A stretch of DNA of 64,000 nt from Acidobacteriota bacterium (GTDB taxonomy: Bacteria; Acidobacteriota; UBA6911; RPQK01; JAJDTT01), in NCBI GenBank assembly GCA_965209055.1, contig OZ242374.1, forward strand, positions 2,976,001-3,040,000. The letters are read 5' to 3'. Positions 47,339 through 57,718 of this stretch are shown here, piece after piece. How positions within the stretch are numbered: position 1 is the first letter of the stretch; each line of letters opens with the position of its first letter. Made by a program: the position numbers and the translations under genes. The notes beneath the pieces were generated by a model. The model was not told where the DNA came from. It saw nothing but the letters and a program-made list of their open reading frames with translations, and did no database searches.

Positions 47339-48721
47339 TCAGAAACTCCATGCCGGCCGGCTCTCTCCTCCGGTCAGCACTTCTTCCACGTATGCGCCCG
47401 TATGGGGAGTCGGGGCTTCTCCTCGAAGGACCTCCCCCAGATCGCAGATCCGCATGCCGATGACGTCGTGCCATTTCCCGTCCGCCAGGCGCACCGTATG
47501 GGCGGAGGGGTGGTCCACCCCCCAGGTGAACCCCGACGGGGCCGGACCGAAGTCGCCGGCGCAATGGCGCACCAGGAGAGGCGTCTCCAGGCCCCGCCGT
47601 TCCTGGTCCAGCGGCCAGAACGCCAAGCGCTCCCGGAGCCATCCGCCCAGCCGTTTGTTCCCCTGCTCGTCACGCGGATACCGGTGCCCCGGCACCATCG
47701 GTTCCTCCAGGACGCTGTAAAGGTTGGAGGCCACATAGGGGTCTCCGCTGCGGCTCCTGTTGATGGCGATGGGCGCCGTGGAGACGACGCCGCGGACGTG
47801 GATGACCTTCTTCCAGGGGGCGTCCCCGCCGGTCGATCGCCAGACCCGGATGTCGTTGTAGTCGGGCCCGCGGCCCCCCCGGGCGCAGAAGAGGAGGGTG
47901 CCGTCCCGGTCCCGGACCACGCTGGGCTCGAAGGCGTTGTCGGGCCCGGTGATGGGACTCCAGGAGACGGGTCGCCAACCCTCCCGGCCGCGGCGCCAGC
48001 GGGTCAGTCCCGAACCCCGGTCCTGCTCGATCCGGCCGCCCATGGCGAAGAGCAGGTCCTCGCCGTCGGGGATCGCCGTGGTGATTCCCGGGTTGGACAG
48101 CACCGCGCCGTGCAGAAGCCGGCCGAACGTCAGCCGCGCAGTCGCCGTGACCTGGAACTGCCGGCCGTCGAAGGCCAGCTGGTAAACCTCCATGTAGTCT
48201 TCGCGACGGTCTTGGGGGTAGACCCCCTTCCGGTCCGGAGTCCAGGCGATGACCTGGCTGCATCCGAATCCGGTTCCCGCGTGGGGATGGGGCGATCCGT
48301 CGGCAAGCAATGCGCCCATGGGGACGAAGCCGCCCCGGACCGGGTACTTGACCATGATGGCCGGTTGGCCCGGAGGATCGGAGTGGGGATTCGTCTCCTC
48401 GTGGTTGCGGGAGATGGGAATGGCTTCGCGCTCCCGGAGGCCGGAGAGTTCGCGAAAGAGAAAGACATCGGTCCCGATTTCGTAGTCATGGCCCGACTGG
48501 CCGCGGATGTTGCAGAAAATGGCCGCCGTGTCGGAGGAGACTTGAAAGGGAAACGTCAGGCCGTATCGCCAGGTCTCGTTTGTGGGCTGATCGGGAGGGA
48601 CGGCGACGTCAGGGGAGCCCTTGGTCATGGTGAGCGTCCCCCCGCCGGAACCGGCCAAAACGAATCCCATGGCGTTCGCAAAGCTGCGTCTCGTCAGTGA
48701 ACTGGTCATGATGCGCTCCAA
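47339..48721 (-). CDS. Uncharacterised Tat-exported beta-propeller/BNR-like protein (paralog A)
   Basis: RRSFAN Tat motif; shares GGFVP...HPHAGTGFG, EPS, VDHPS with 48845-50335. Confidence 0.7.
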   Translation of the reverse strand: MERIMTSSLTRRSFANAMGFVLAGSGGGTLTMTKGSPDVAVPPDQPTNETWRYGLTFPFQVSSDTAAIFCNIRGQSGHDYEIGTDVFLFRELSGLREREAIPISRNHEETNPHSDPPGQPAIMVKYPVRGGFVPMGALLADGSPHPHAGTGFGCSQVIAWTPDRKGVYPQDRREDYMEVYQLAFDGRQFQVTATARLTFGRLLHGAVLSNPGITTAIPDGEDLLFAMGGRIEQDRGSGLTRWRRGREGWRPVSWSPITGPDNAFEPSVVRDRDGTLLFCARGGRGPDYNDIRVWRSTGGDAPWKKVIHVRGVVSTAPIAINRSRSGDPYVASNLYSVLEEPMVPGHRYPRDEQGNKRLGGWLRERLAFWPLDQERRGLETPLLVRHCAGDFGPAPSGFTWGVDHPSAHTVRLADGKWHDVIGMRICDLGEVLRGEAPTPHTGAYVEEVLTGGESRPAWSF

Positions 48722-48786
48722 GGCGGGCGATGTCCAATCGCCCTTTTTCTCATTTCGGATCCGGCGGTTGGGAAACCGCTGCTCCT
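48722..48786. repeat. REP pair
   Basis: GGGCGATGTCCAATCGCCC ... GGCGGTTGGGAAACCGCTGCTCC. Confidence 0.7.
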
Positions 48787-48844
48787 ACCCTTTTCCCACC
48801 GGGCCTCCGGCGGATCGCGCCGGTGGGGGTGATTGCCTCATTCC

Positions 48845-50335
48845 TCAGAATCTCCAGTTGGGAATCGGTTCTCCCGCAGAGATGACCTCTTCCAGGTACG
48901 CCCCCGTCTGGGGTGGAGACGGCAACTCGTGGCTCTCGACGTCGTCGTGGATCCGGTATCCCATGACGTTGTGCCAGTTGCCGTCGGCCAGTTGAACCGT
49001 GGTGGACGAGGGATGGTCCACCCGCCACATGGAACCGCTCGGAGCCGGACCGAATTCGGCCTTGCAGTGGCGGCCCAGGATCGGCGCCTCCAGGCTGGTC
49101 CGGTCGTCGCTCAAGGGCCAGAGGTACAGTTTCTGCCGGGTCCATCCGCCTCCCCGGACGCGGCCTTCCGTGTCGGCCGGTATCCGGAAACGCTTGGGTA
49201 TGGGGTCCAATGGCACCAGGTACATGTTGGAGGCGATGTAAGGAGTCCCGTCCGCCGCCTGGTTCAGAGTGATGGGACAACTGGAGATGACGCCCACCAC
49301 GTGAATGATCTTTTCCCAGGTCTCACCACCGTCCCGGGAGCGCCAGACGCGTATGGCGTGGGGTCGCGTGCCCCCCTTGCCCCGGGCCGAGAAGAGCAGG
49401 TCGCCGTTGGTGTCGCGGATCAGGCTGGGCTCGGTCGACCCGTCCGTGCCGGTCACCGAAACGAAAGAGACGGGGCGCCACACGCCGTTGGTCCGCCGCC
49501 AGCGCAGGACGCCGGATCCACCGGGGACCGGTTCGCCGGACTCCGCCACCCTGGAGGCGTGCATGCCCAGCAGCAAGTCGTCCCCGTCGGCGATGGCGTT
49601 GGTGAGGCTGCCGTTGCTGATGTTCCAGCCGGAAACCAGATCGGTGGGGAGAACCCTCTCCTCGCCGGTCACCCGGAACTGGCCTCCGTCGTAGCTGAAC
49701 TGGAAGACCTCCATGATCTGGTAACGTTCGGCGTCCTCGTACATCCCTCCCCCGTGGGCGCTCTTGGGGTCGCCCGGGTGCCGCGCCAATCCGGTGTCGA
49801 TCCCGAAACCGGTCCCGGCGTGGGGGTGGGGAGAACCGTCCGGGTTCTTGGCTCCCAGGGGAACGAATCCGCCCCTCATGGGGTACTTGACCATGATGGC
49901 GGGCTGGTTGGGCGGGTCGGAGTTGGGATTGGCCTGCTCGTGGTTTCGGGTCACCGGTACGGCGGGTGCGGAAGGGGGACGGCTGAGGTCGTCGAAGAGG
50001 ACCACGTCGTTGCCCACCTCGTAGTCGTCGCCGCTGCGGGCCGGCGCCATGACGCCGTTGCGGATCCGGATGTTGACGAAGGCGGCGGCCATGCGGGGAG
50101 CCACCTGGAACGGAAAGATGAGTCCGTAGCGCCAGCTCTTGCCCTCGGGAACGTCGGGGGGAACGGTCAGGTCCGGACCTCCCCGAGTCACGCTCAGGAT
50201 CCCGAGGCCGGGGCCGCTGGATGCCGGTTGCCCCTCCTCTCCCGAAGAGCACCCGCCGATGGTACCCAGCGAAGCGCCTCCCAAGAGCAGGGCCAATCGC
50301 TTCTGAAACTCCCGGCGGTGAAATCGAGCGTTCAT
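48845..50335 (-). CDS. Uncharacterised Tat lipoprotein, BNR-like (paralog B)
   Basis: RREFQK, GGC lipobox, SRDGGETW Asp-box. Confidence 0.72.
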   Translation of the reverse strand: MNARFHRREFQKRLALLLGGASLGTIGGCSSGEEGQPASSGPGLGILSVTRGGPDLTVPPDVPEGKSWRYGLIFPFQVAPRMAAAFVNIRIRNGVMAPARSGDDYEVGNDVVLFDDLSRPPSAPAVPVTRNHEQANPNSDPPNQPAIMVKYPMRGGFVPLGAKNPDGSPHPHAGTGFGIDTGLARHPGDPKSAHGGGMYEDAERYQIMEVFQFSYDGGQFRVTGEERVLPTDLVSGWNISNGSLTNAIADGDDLLLGMHASRVAESGEPVPGGSGVLRWRRTNGVWRPVSFVSVTGTDGSTEPSLIRDTNGDLLFSARGKGGTRPHAIRVWRSRDGGETWEKIIHVVGVISSCPITLNQAADGTPYIASNMYLVPLDPIPKRFRIPADTEGRVRGGGWTRQKLYLWPLSDDRTSLEAPILGRHCKAEFGPAPSGSMWRVDHPSSTTVQLADGNWHNVMGYRIHDDVESHELPSPPQTGAYLEEVISAGEPIPNWRF

Positions 50336-50391
50336 GGGGTGTCTCCCTCACAGGAATTGAATTTTGGCGCCCAGTCTACTACGCTGCCAAC

Positions 50392-53300
50392 GTGCTCTGC
50401 CATGACCTCCGGCGATTGCAAGCGCTCCCGAAGGCCCTGATTCCGGTGGCGATCGTCAGCTTGGTTGCCATGCACGTTCCTGTCGTTGCGCAGCAGCAGG
50501 TGGGCGGTCTCCGAGTCCTCGTCACCGACCGGACCGGCAGCGTCATTCCCGGCGCCGAAGTCGAGTTCGGCAGCCGGGTGTTGATCCGGCCGGACTTCGG
50601 AGTCTCCGATGATCAGGGATTGGTGATCAAGAACAACCTGCCGCCCGGAACCTACGCGGTGACCGTCCGATTCCCGGGGTTCCGGACCGCCGTGAACGAA
50701 GACGTCGCTGTCCAGGCCGGCCGGATATTTTCCGTTGAGATACCCCTCGAAGTCGGCGGGATCGACAGTACGATCATCGTGGAGGCGGGCCAAGCGGCCA
50801 TCGATACGTTCAAGAGCGAGTCGGCGTCGATCTACACCGGGCAACGGATTACCGACGCCCCCGGGGGCCGGGACTTCAGCGACTACGCGCGCTTCACGCC
50901 GAGCGTCAACGTCGAAGCCCAGGCGGGCAACGTGACCTACCGGGGGCAGACCGTCCGTGGTATCTCCGTCGACGGTTCCTCGGGCGCGGAGAACGTCTTC
51001 TATATCGACGGTGTCGATACGACGAGCATGTACAACGGGTTGAACAATCAGAACCTGCGTGTCGAAACGGTGCAGGAGTTCCAATTGAAGACCGCCGGTT
51101 ACGAGGCGGAGTTCGGCGGCGCCATGGGAGGCGTGCTCAGCATCCGGACCAAGAGCGGATCGAACGATTTTCACGGAAGCGTGCTTTGGTACGGCAGCGG
51201 CAGCACACTGACCGGCGCCCCGAGCCAGCGGCTGCGCCTGGACCCGTCCCAGGCCGTCGACGTGGCCGAATACGTGTTCGACGCCGAAGACGATGAGGCG
51301 ATCAATGAATTTGGCTTCACCCTGGGAGGTCCGATCTGGCGCGACCGCATCTGGTTCTTCGGCGCGCTCCTCCCGCAAGTCCGAAACCGGACGCGCTCCA
51401 TAACCTTCACATCCGGAGAAACGGGCGTCTTCAAGCGCAAGGATCAGCTCCGGAGCACGACCGTCAAGATCGATTTCCAACCCGCGGAGAGAGTCCGATT
51501 GATGTCCTCGTACGTATCGGACCGGTCGAAATGGAAGGGTGGACTGCCCCATCGCGACGGCACCTCCAACCCGGACTTCGAGTGGGAGAAGGAAGGGTTC
51601 GAACATCCCGGCTACACGGTGACGGGAGCCATGACCTTCACGCCGTCCCCGGTGGCGATCCTGGATGCCCGTTGGGGACTGAATGCCATTCAAACAGAAC
51701 AACTGCTGGGGCCGAATCAGGTCCGTCACAGGTTTCCCCAAACCCCGGGACTGGTCGGGTATTCGCCGGAGGACCCCCTCTATCGACCACGCGGCTTCTC
51801 TTCGATCGGCCATTCGGCAAGCTTCAATACCTCCCAGGATTTCCAGAAAAAGAGCACCGTATCTCTCAGTGGGAATTATCTGGCCACCCTGGCCGGCCAG
51901 CAGCATGACCTTCGCTTCGGATGGCAGTTCAACGGGCTCGCACACGACGTCAACAACGCCTACCAGTTCGACTACGTCCTTCACTACTACGCCCGGCCCT
52001 ACAACACCGTGGACGGGACCGTCCGGACCAGCGTCTGCACGGGTCCGGACGGCGTGCGCTACGATCCTTGCGGCTACTATTCGGTGAGGACGCCGTTCGG
52101 CGTCGTGGCGAACGTCGCCACTTTCCGCCATGCCCTGTTCTTCCAGGACGCCTGGACCATCAACGGTTCCCTCACCCTGAACCTGGGCCTTCGCTTCGAA
52201 CGCGAAGAGATCCCCTCCTTCAGCGATCTTCCGGAATTTTCCGGAGCCGTCTTCAAGTGGGGCTTTCTGGACAAGACCGCGCCCCGCCTGGGCTTCGCCT
52301 ATGACCTCCTGGGGAACGCGAAGGTCAAGGTCTTCGGCAGTTGGGCGCGGTTCTACGACGCCATGAAGCTCGAGATGGCCAACGGCTCGTTCGGCGGGTT
52401 CAAGTGGTTGAGCAATTACTACCTGATGGACGATACCACGCTGGATTGGACCCGGATCGGCGGGCTGTCGGGCCAGGGGAACTATCCCGGGACCTTCGTC
52501 GAGACCAGGAACTGGAGACTTCCGTCGTTCGAGGATCTGGATCCAAGCCTGAAGCCCATGCGCATGACGGGAGTCGTGGCCGGGGCTGAGTATGAGGCCG
52601 CAACGGACTATGTGGTTTCTTTCCGTTACACGCGCAAGAATCTGGACGAGGCGATCGAGGACGTGGGCCGCCAGACACCGGCCGGCGAAGCCTACTACAT
52701 CACCAACCCGGGGCGAGGCCTGTCGGTCGACCGTTTCCTGGAAGCGGGGCTGCCGGCCACCCCCAAACCAAAGCGAACCTACAATGCCGCCGAATTCCGC
52801 TTGCGCAAGTCCATCCGAGACAGTTGGTTTGCGGACGTCGCCTATGTGTACTCGAGGCTGTACGGCCTCTATTCGGGCCTGGGAAGCTCCGACGAGAACG
52901 GGCGCCTCAGTCCCAACGTCGACCGGGATTTCGATCTCTGGTTCCTGAACTACGACTCCGCCGGCAACCTGATCGACGGACCGCTGGGCACCGACCGAAC
53001 GCACCAACTCAAGATCAATGGGATGTGGATCACGCCGTGGAATATGGCCGTGAGCGGTTTTTTCCGCGCCATGAGCGGAACGCCCATCACCCGGACCGTC
53101 GACCTGGAACACGTGGATGTCATCGTGGACAACCGCGGCAGCGACGGGCGAAACCCGTTCTGGACCCAGACGGACCTCTCCCTCGTCCAGCGCTTCTACC
53201 CTTTCCGGGACGAGACCCGATCGTTCGAGATCAACTTCAACGTCATCAATCTCTTCAACCAGAAGACCGGCTTGCGGACATTTCGAAGCCTGTACCGCCA

Positions 53301-53469
53301 GTCCCTTCCCTTGTGGCAACCGGGCGATCCCGCCTCGCAGGTCCTGAACGGCTACGACTATCGCGCCATAGCCGCCTCCCAGGGCGCGACCCAGGATCCG
53401 CGTTTCCTGCAGCAGGACCGGTTCCTGGACCCGATCGCGGCCCGCTTCGGGGTCCGATTCGTCTTCTGA
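50392..53469 (+). CDS. TonB-dependent receptor (Oar-like, carboxypeptidase regulatory-like N-domain)
   Basis: VTDRTGSVIPGAEV, LPPGTY, AEFGGAMGG, TKSGSNDFHGS, QDAW, APRLGFAYD, C-terminal RFVF. Start position uncertain. Confidence 0.92.
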   Translation: MLCHDLRRLQALPKALIPVAIVSLVAMHVPVVAQQQVGGLRVLVTDRTGSVIPGAEVEFGSRVLIRPDFGVSDDQGLVIKNNLPPGTYAVTVRFPGFRTAVNEDVAVQAGRIFSVEIPLEVGGIDSTIIVEAGQAAIDTFKSESASIYTGQRITDAPGGRDFSDYARFTPSVNVEAQAGNVTYRGQTVRGISVDGSSGAENVFYIDGVDTTSMYNGLNNQNLRVETVQEFQLKTAGYEAEFGGAMGGVLSIRTKSGSNDFHGSVLWYGSGSTLTGAPSQRLRLDPSQAVDVAEYVFDAEDDEAINEFGFTLGGPIWRDRIWFFGALLPQVRNRTRSITFTSGETGVFKRKDQLRSTTVKIDFQPAERVRLMSSYVSDRSKWKGGLPHRDGTSNPDFEWEKEGFEHPGYTVTGAMTFTPSPVAILDARWGLNAIQTEQLLGPNQVRHRFPQTPGLVGYSPEDPLYRPRGFSSIGHSASFNTSQDFQKKSTVSLSGNYLATLAGQQHDLRFGWQFNGLAHDVNNAYQFDYVLHYYARPYNTVDGTVRTSVCTGPDGVRYDPCGYYSVRTPFGVVANVATFRHALFFQDAWTINGSLTLNLGLRFEREEIPSFSDLPEFSGAVFKWGFLDKTAPRLGFAYDLLGNAKVKVFGSWARFYDAMKLEMANGSFGGFKWLSNYYLMDDTTLDWTRIGGLSGQGNYPGTFVETRNWRLPSFEDLDPSLKPMRMTGVVAGAEYEAATDYVVSFRYTRKNLDEAIEDVGRQTPAGEAYYITNPGRGLSVDRFLEAGLPATPKPKRTYNAAEFRLRKSIRDSWFADVAYVYSRLYGLYSGLGSSDENGRLSPNVDRDFDLWFLNYDSAGNLIDGPLGTDRTHQLKINGMWITPWNMAVSGFFRAMSGTPITRTVDLEHVDVIVDNRGSDGRNPFWTQTDLSLVQRFYPFRDETRSFEINFNVINLFNQKTGLRTFRSLYRQSLPLWQPGDPASQVLNGYDYRAIAASQGATQDPRFLQQDRFLDPIAARFGVRFVF

Positions 53470-53471
53470 TT

Positions 53472-53534
53472 GGAGGGGGGACATTCTTGTCCCCCACTCT
53501 TTGTCTGGGATTCGGCGGCTGAATGCTCCGGTCC
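53472..53534. repeat. REP pair downstream of the TonB receptor
   Basis: GGAGGGGGGACATTCTTGTCCCCC followed by a degenerate inverted partner. Confidence 0.65.
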
Positions 53535-53634
53535 CGCCGATTCCCGGCCCCGTTTCACCCGCGATTCTGCTGGGGACGGGCCGTGAGACAATCGGGGACG
53601 AATTGGGCAATTTGCAAGGGAATTTGACCGGCTC

Positions 53635-53781
53635 ATGACTTGCCCACGCTGCCGGACCAAGATGAAGGTCGCCGCTCATCGGGCCCACAAGCAGGAGAAA
53701 TGGCGCTGCCCCAAGTGCGGCAAGGTGCGGATGAAACCGGCCAGCTACCGCCGTTCCAAGTACCGGACCCGAGGGGCCTGA
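53635..53781 (+). CDS. 48-aa basic zinc-ribbon microprotein (not in the ORF track)
   Basis: MTCPRCRTKMKVAAHRAHKQEKWRCPKCGKVRMKPASYRRSKYRTRGA; two CxxC motifs. Confidence 0.65.
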   Translation: MTCPRCRTKMKVAAHRAHKQEKWRCPKCGKVRMKPASYRRSKYRTRGA

Positions 53782-53864
53782 GCGCTGGACGGCAGACCGG
53801 AGAGCAGCTTCCGGCCCGGGTCCACCGCGGCCGTCCGCCGCGGGGGCTCGATCCCTTCCGCCCT

Positions 53865-55367
53865 CTATTTCACGCCGGCGGCCAGCCACCGGATCGGCCG
53901 CGCGCAGATCAGGAACACGGCCCCGGCGATGACCGAGGTGACGGCGACGTTGAAGAACAGCTCCTCGGCGGTCATGGTCTCGAGTCGTCCGGCCATGAGC
54001 CCGGCGATGAGGTTCCCCAGGGCCGCTCCCATGAACCAGGTGCCCATCATCTGCCCCACGAGACGCGCCGGGGAGAGCTTGGTGATGCTGCTCAATCCCA
54101 CGGGACTCAGGCAGAGCTCGCCGACGGTGTGGAAAAAGTAGGTCGTCACCAGCCACACCGGGCTCACCTTGCCGGCGGCGACGTATTGGGAACCCCAGGC
54201 CATGACGAAAAAACCGGCTCCCAGGAAGGTGAGCGCGAAGGCGAACTTGACCCCCAGGGAGGGATTCCTCGATCCGAGGCCGACCCAGAGCATCCCCATC
54301 AAGGGCGCCAGCATGACGATCAGCAGCGGATTGACCTGCTGCAGCCAGCCGGCGGGAAACTCCCAGGAGAAGATCATCAGGTCGGTGTGTTCCTTGGCGA
54401 AGAGGTTCATGCTGGAGCCGGCCTGCTCGAAGCCGGACCAGAAGATCGCGGCTGCGATGAAGAGGACGAAGATGAGACCCACCCTGCGTCTCTCCAGGCC
54501 GTCTCTGCAGGCGAACAGGATCACGTAGCTGAAGTAGAGGATGGCCAGAACCGAAATCGAGAGGGAGACGGTTCGGGCCACACCCTCGACGGTAAGTGTC
54601 AGCAGACCGGCCGACGTCAGAGCGGCCAGCGCCAGCGCCGCGGCGGCCACCACTCCCAGCCCCTTCAGGAACTGGCTGCGGGACCGGGCCTGCGCCTGGA
54701 GGCCGGCGGCGTCCCCCTTGAGTTCACCGGCCCCGGCCAGATGGCGGCGTCCCAGCACGTATTGCAGCACGGCGAAGGTCATGCCGACGCCGGCGGCGCC
54801 GAAGCCCAGATGCCAGTCCACCTTCTCGCCCAGAAAGGAGCAGATCCCCGGCCCCAGGAAAGCGCCGACGTTGATTCCCATGTAGAAGATGGAGAATCCG
54901 GCGTCCCGCCGAGCGTCGTTTCCCGTGTAGAGGTCGCCGACGATGGCGCTGACGTTGGGTTTCAGCAGGCCGGTGCCCAGCGCCACCAGACCCAGCCCCA
55001 CGTAGAAAGTGAGCTCGGCCGGGACCGCCAGCGCGTAGTGGCCGGCGGCGATGATGATCCCGCCCACCAGGACGGCGCGCCGCTGGCCGATGAGCCGGTC
55101 GGCCACCCACCCTCCGGGGAGCGCCAGCGCGTAGACCGCAAAGGTGTACAAGCCGTAGACGGCGCCCGCTTCGGCCTTGCCCATGCCCATGCCCCCGCTG
55201 GCGGTGTCGATCATGAACAGGACCAGGAGGGCCCTCATGCCGTAGTAGCTGAAGCGCTCCCACATTTCGGTGAAGAAGAGGGTCGAGAGTCCCCGGGGAT
55301 GGCCGAAGAAGGTCTGTTGCCGGCGGCCGCCGCCGGATGTCTGCGATGGGTCCATGGAGGCCTCCAT
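53865..55367 (-). CDS. POT/PTR family peptide:H+ symporter
   Basis: FFGHPRGL, EMWERFSYYGMRA, TGLLKPN, FYMGINVGA, GELCLSPVGLS. Confidence 0.95.
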   Translation of the reverse strand: MEASMDPSQTSGGGRRQQTFFGHPRGLSTLFFTEMWERFSYYGMRALLVLFMIDTASGGMGMGKAEAGAVYGLYTFAVYALALPGGWVADRLIGQRRAVLVGGIIIAAGHYALAVPAELTFYVGLGLVALGTGLLKPNVSAIVGDLYTGNDARRDAGFSIFYMGINVGAFLGPGICSFLGEKVDWHLGFGAAGVGMTFAVLQYVLGRRHLAGAGELKGDAAGLQAQARSRSQFLKGLGVVAAAALALAALTSAGLLTLTVEGVARTVSLSISVLAILYFSYVILFACRDGLERRRVGLIFVLFIAAAIFWSGFEQAGSSMNLFAKEHTDLMIFSWEFPAGWLQQVNPLLIVMLAPLMGMLWVGLGSRNPSLGVKFAFALTFLGAGFFVMAWGSQYVAAGKVSPVWLVTTYFFHTVGELCLSPVGLSSITKLSPARLVGQMMGTWFMGAALGNLIAGLMAGRLETMTAEELFFNVAVTSVIAGAVFLICARPIRWLAAGVK

Positions 55368-55383
55368 ATCTACGTCTTCGAGA

Positions 55384-56343
55384 TCAGCGAACCGCGATGG
55401 GATTCCCCGGAGATCCGGTGGCTCCCTTCAGGCGCAGAGGGGAGAAGATGAATGCGAACTCGTAGGCCTTGTCCCGCGCCAGCTCCTCCAGCGTCAGATT
55501 CTCCAGGTTGTAGATCCCGTGGCGAACCAGCATCCACTGGTGCACTTCGAAGGGACGGTCCGGATTCTCGTGCGGGACCACTTCGATGGCCCAGTTGTCG
55601 GCCCCGGTCAGCACTGTTTTCCTGCTGCTGAGCCAGCGGGCCGCCTCCATGCCGATCCCCGGCTCACCCGAGTTGTAACGGTCGTTGTCCCGCATCCAAA
55701 GTTTTTCGTGTCCGGTGCGGATCAGGACCGCGTCCCCCTCTCGAATCTCCACGCCCTGTCGTTTCAGGGCGCCCTCCAGGTCGTCCGAGGTGATGACGTA
55801 GCCTGGCTGCAGGCGGTCCACGCCCTTGTACGAAGCCACGTCGATGAGGACTCCGCGAGTGAAGAAGACGCCCACATTCTCGACGCCCAGCTTCAGGAGT
55901 CCGTAGGGGGTCGCGAATCGGGACCGCCGGAAGCCGTTGTAGAAATAGTCGTCGTCGGGCAGCCGTACGCCCACGTGGCCGAGTCCGTCGAACTGGGTTC
56001 CCACCTGACCGATCTCCCCGCTGAACATCTCGTCAAATCCCACGAGTCCATTGGTTCCCGTAGGGTCGCCCGAAGTCGGGGATCCCGGAATGGTCAGCTT
56101 GAAATGCCGCTTGCCCGCCAGCGGCATCCCTTCCTGGTAGACCTGACCCAGGGAGTAGATCTTGCCGGTGCGGATGAGCCGGCCGGCTTCCAGGACCTTG
56201 GCCGGAGTGATCCGGTTGGCGGCGCCGCGTTGATCCCCGGCGCCCCACTCGGAAGGCCACCAGCGGGAACCGACGGGTGTTTCCTGGGGCCCGGCAACCG
56301 ACTGCATGGACCAGCAGAGCAGTATGAACCCGATGAGCCTCAT
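55384..56343 (-). CDS. Cyclase family (kynurenine formamidase-like) secreted hydrolase
   Basis: WGAGDQRGAAN, QVGTQFDGLGH, TRGVLID, GADNW, GATGSPGNPIA. Confidence 0.9.
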   Translation of the reverse strand: MRLIGFILLCWSMQSVAGPQETPVGSRWWPSEWGAGDQRGAANRITPAKVLEAGRLIRTGKIYSLGQVYQEGMPLAGKRHFKLTIPGSPTSGDPTGTNGLVGFDEMFSGEIGQVGTQFDGLGHVGVRLPDDDYFYNGFRRSRFATPYGLLKLGVENVGVFFTRGVLIDVASYKGVDRLQPGYVITSDDLEGALKRQGVEIREGDAVLIRTGHEKLWMRDNDRYNSGEPGIGMEAARWLSSRKTVLTGADNWAIEVVPHENPDRPFEVHQWMLVRHGIYNLENLTLEELARDKAYEFAFIFSPLRLKGATGSPGNPIAVR

Positions 56344-56380
56344 GAATTGTTTCTCCCTCGCGTCATGTTCGGCTTCCGAA

Positions 56381-57496
56381 TCAATTCGTCTCGGCCGGCT
56401 CGGGAGGACCGGCATTCAGAGCAGGAATCACCTCCTGAGCCATGAGCTCCAGACTCCGGATCCAACTCTGCTTGTCGTCCCAGTCATGAGCGGTCAGGAC
56501 GAGAGTCCCGAAGCCGCCGACCTGGTCCCTCAATTCCCGGAGCATCTGCGTGACCCGGGGCGGGTCCCCCGCAATCACGACCTCGTCCATGAAATAGTCC
56601 AGATTGCAATCGGCGTCGCTCATGGAAGGATCCCGTTTCCAGATCTCCAGGCCCGGTCCCCTCCGGGTCAGCTCCAGGATGTATTCGATGCATTTCCCCA
56701 TGGAGTTTCCGGCGGCGAGCCGGCGGGCCTCCCCGGTGGTTTCGGCCACGAGGACGTTGCGGGCGACCCTCCAGTCGTCGATTCGCGCGCGGCGGCCGTG
56801 TCGGCGGGCTCCCGAATCGTAGGTCGACCAATGGTTCTGCAAGGTCTCTGTCGACACCATGTGGTGGCTGATGGGAAGGAAGCCGCGGCCGGCCGCCTTC
56901 TCGACGCCCACCGAGTCGCGGGTGATGCAGGGAACCATGATGGGCGGGTGGGGTTGCTGCAGCGGCCTGTGGAGGACGCCCACGCCCATTTCCGGGTCGA
57001 TGGTCTCGGAGAGACGGAAGTCCCAGAACTTCCCGTGGAACTCGATGGGGGGTTCCTGGCTCCAGATTCCCAGGATGGCTTCGATGGCCTCGCCGACCAG
57101 ACCGCCGGATTGCTTCGGATCGACGCCGTAGATCTCCATGTCGCTGGGGATCGCCCCGGGACCGAAGCAGAGATTGAGGCGCCCGTGGGACAGGTGGTCA
57201 AGAAAGGCCAGGCGCGACGCGACGTGGGCCGGATGGTGGTACTGAAGGCAGACCGGAGCCGGTCCGATCCGGATTCGCGAGGTCATTCCCAACGCCTTGC
57301 CGATGAAGATCTCCGGCATGACGATGTTTTCCACGCTGGAGGAGTGATGTTCTCCCACCCAGAACTCCGAAAATCCCAGTTCCTCGCATCGCACGACCAG
57401 TTCCAGGTCCTCGTCGAAGCATTGGGCCAGTGGCTTGTCCGGATCGTGCACGGGCATGAGGAACATCCCGAGCTGCAGGGCCGGCTGATGGGTCAT
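56381..57496 (-). CDS. LLM-class flavin-dependent monooxygenase
   Basis: LGMFLMP, FWVGEHH, YHHPAHVA, LDHLSHGR. Confidence 0.92.
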   Translation of the reverse strand: MTHQPALQLGMFLMPVHDPDKPLAQCFDEDLELVVRCEELGFSEFWVGEHHSSSVENIVMPEIFIGKALGMTSRIRIGPAPVCLQYHHPAHVASRLAFLDHLSHGRLNLCFGPGAIPSDMEIYGVDPKQSGGLVGEAIEAILGIWSQEPPIEFHGKFWDFRLSETIDPEMGVGVLHRPLQQPHPPIMVPCITRDSVGVEKAAGRGFLPISHHMVSTETLQNHWSTYDSGARRHGRRARIDDWRVARNVLVAETTGEARRLAAGNSMGKCIEYILELTRRGPGLEIWKRDPSMSDADCNLDYFMDEVVIAGDPPRVTQMLRELRDQVGGFGTLVLTAHDWDDKQSWIRSLELMAQEVIPALNAGPPEPAETN

Positions 57497-57718
57497 GGCG
57501 GGATCCTTTCTTGAATTGCGGCGCGTCATGGTCCCTGGTGTCGCCAATCAGGATGGGCGCGAACGCGTGCAGAGTCAACGTCTTCCCTCAGGTCCCAAGT
57601 TGCACCCCGGACTTGCGAGCGAATAAAATTATGCAGGTATTCCCATGAGGCAAGATAACCTTGTCCCGGTTGGAAACGGGTTCAGACTTGGGGCCGCCAG
57701 AGGTCCAGGCATGATGCG

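Noticed and set aside
50332-54156. 1274-aa minus-strand ORF and similar long antisense ORFs (e.g. 3686-5446, 20022-21680, 53640-55451)
   Set aside because: Shadow frames of well-supported genes in GC-rich DNA; no motifs.
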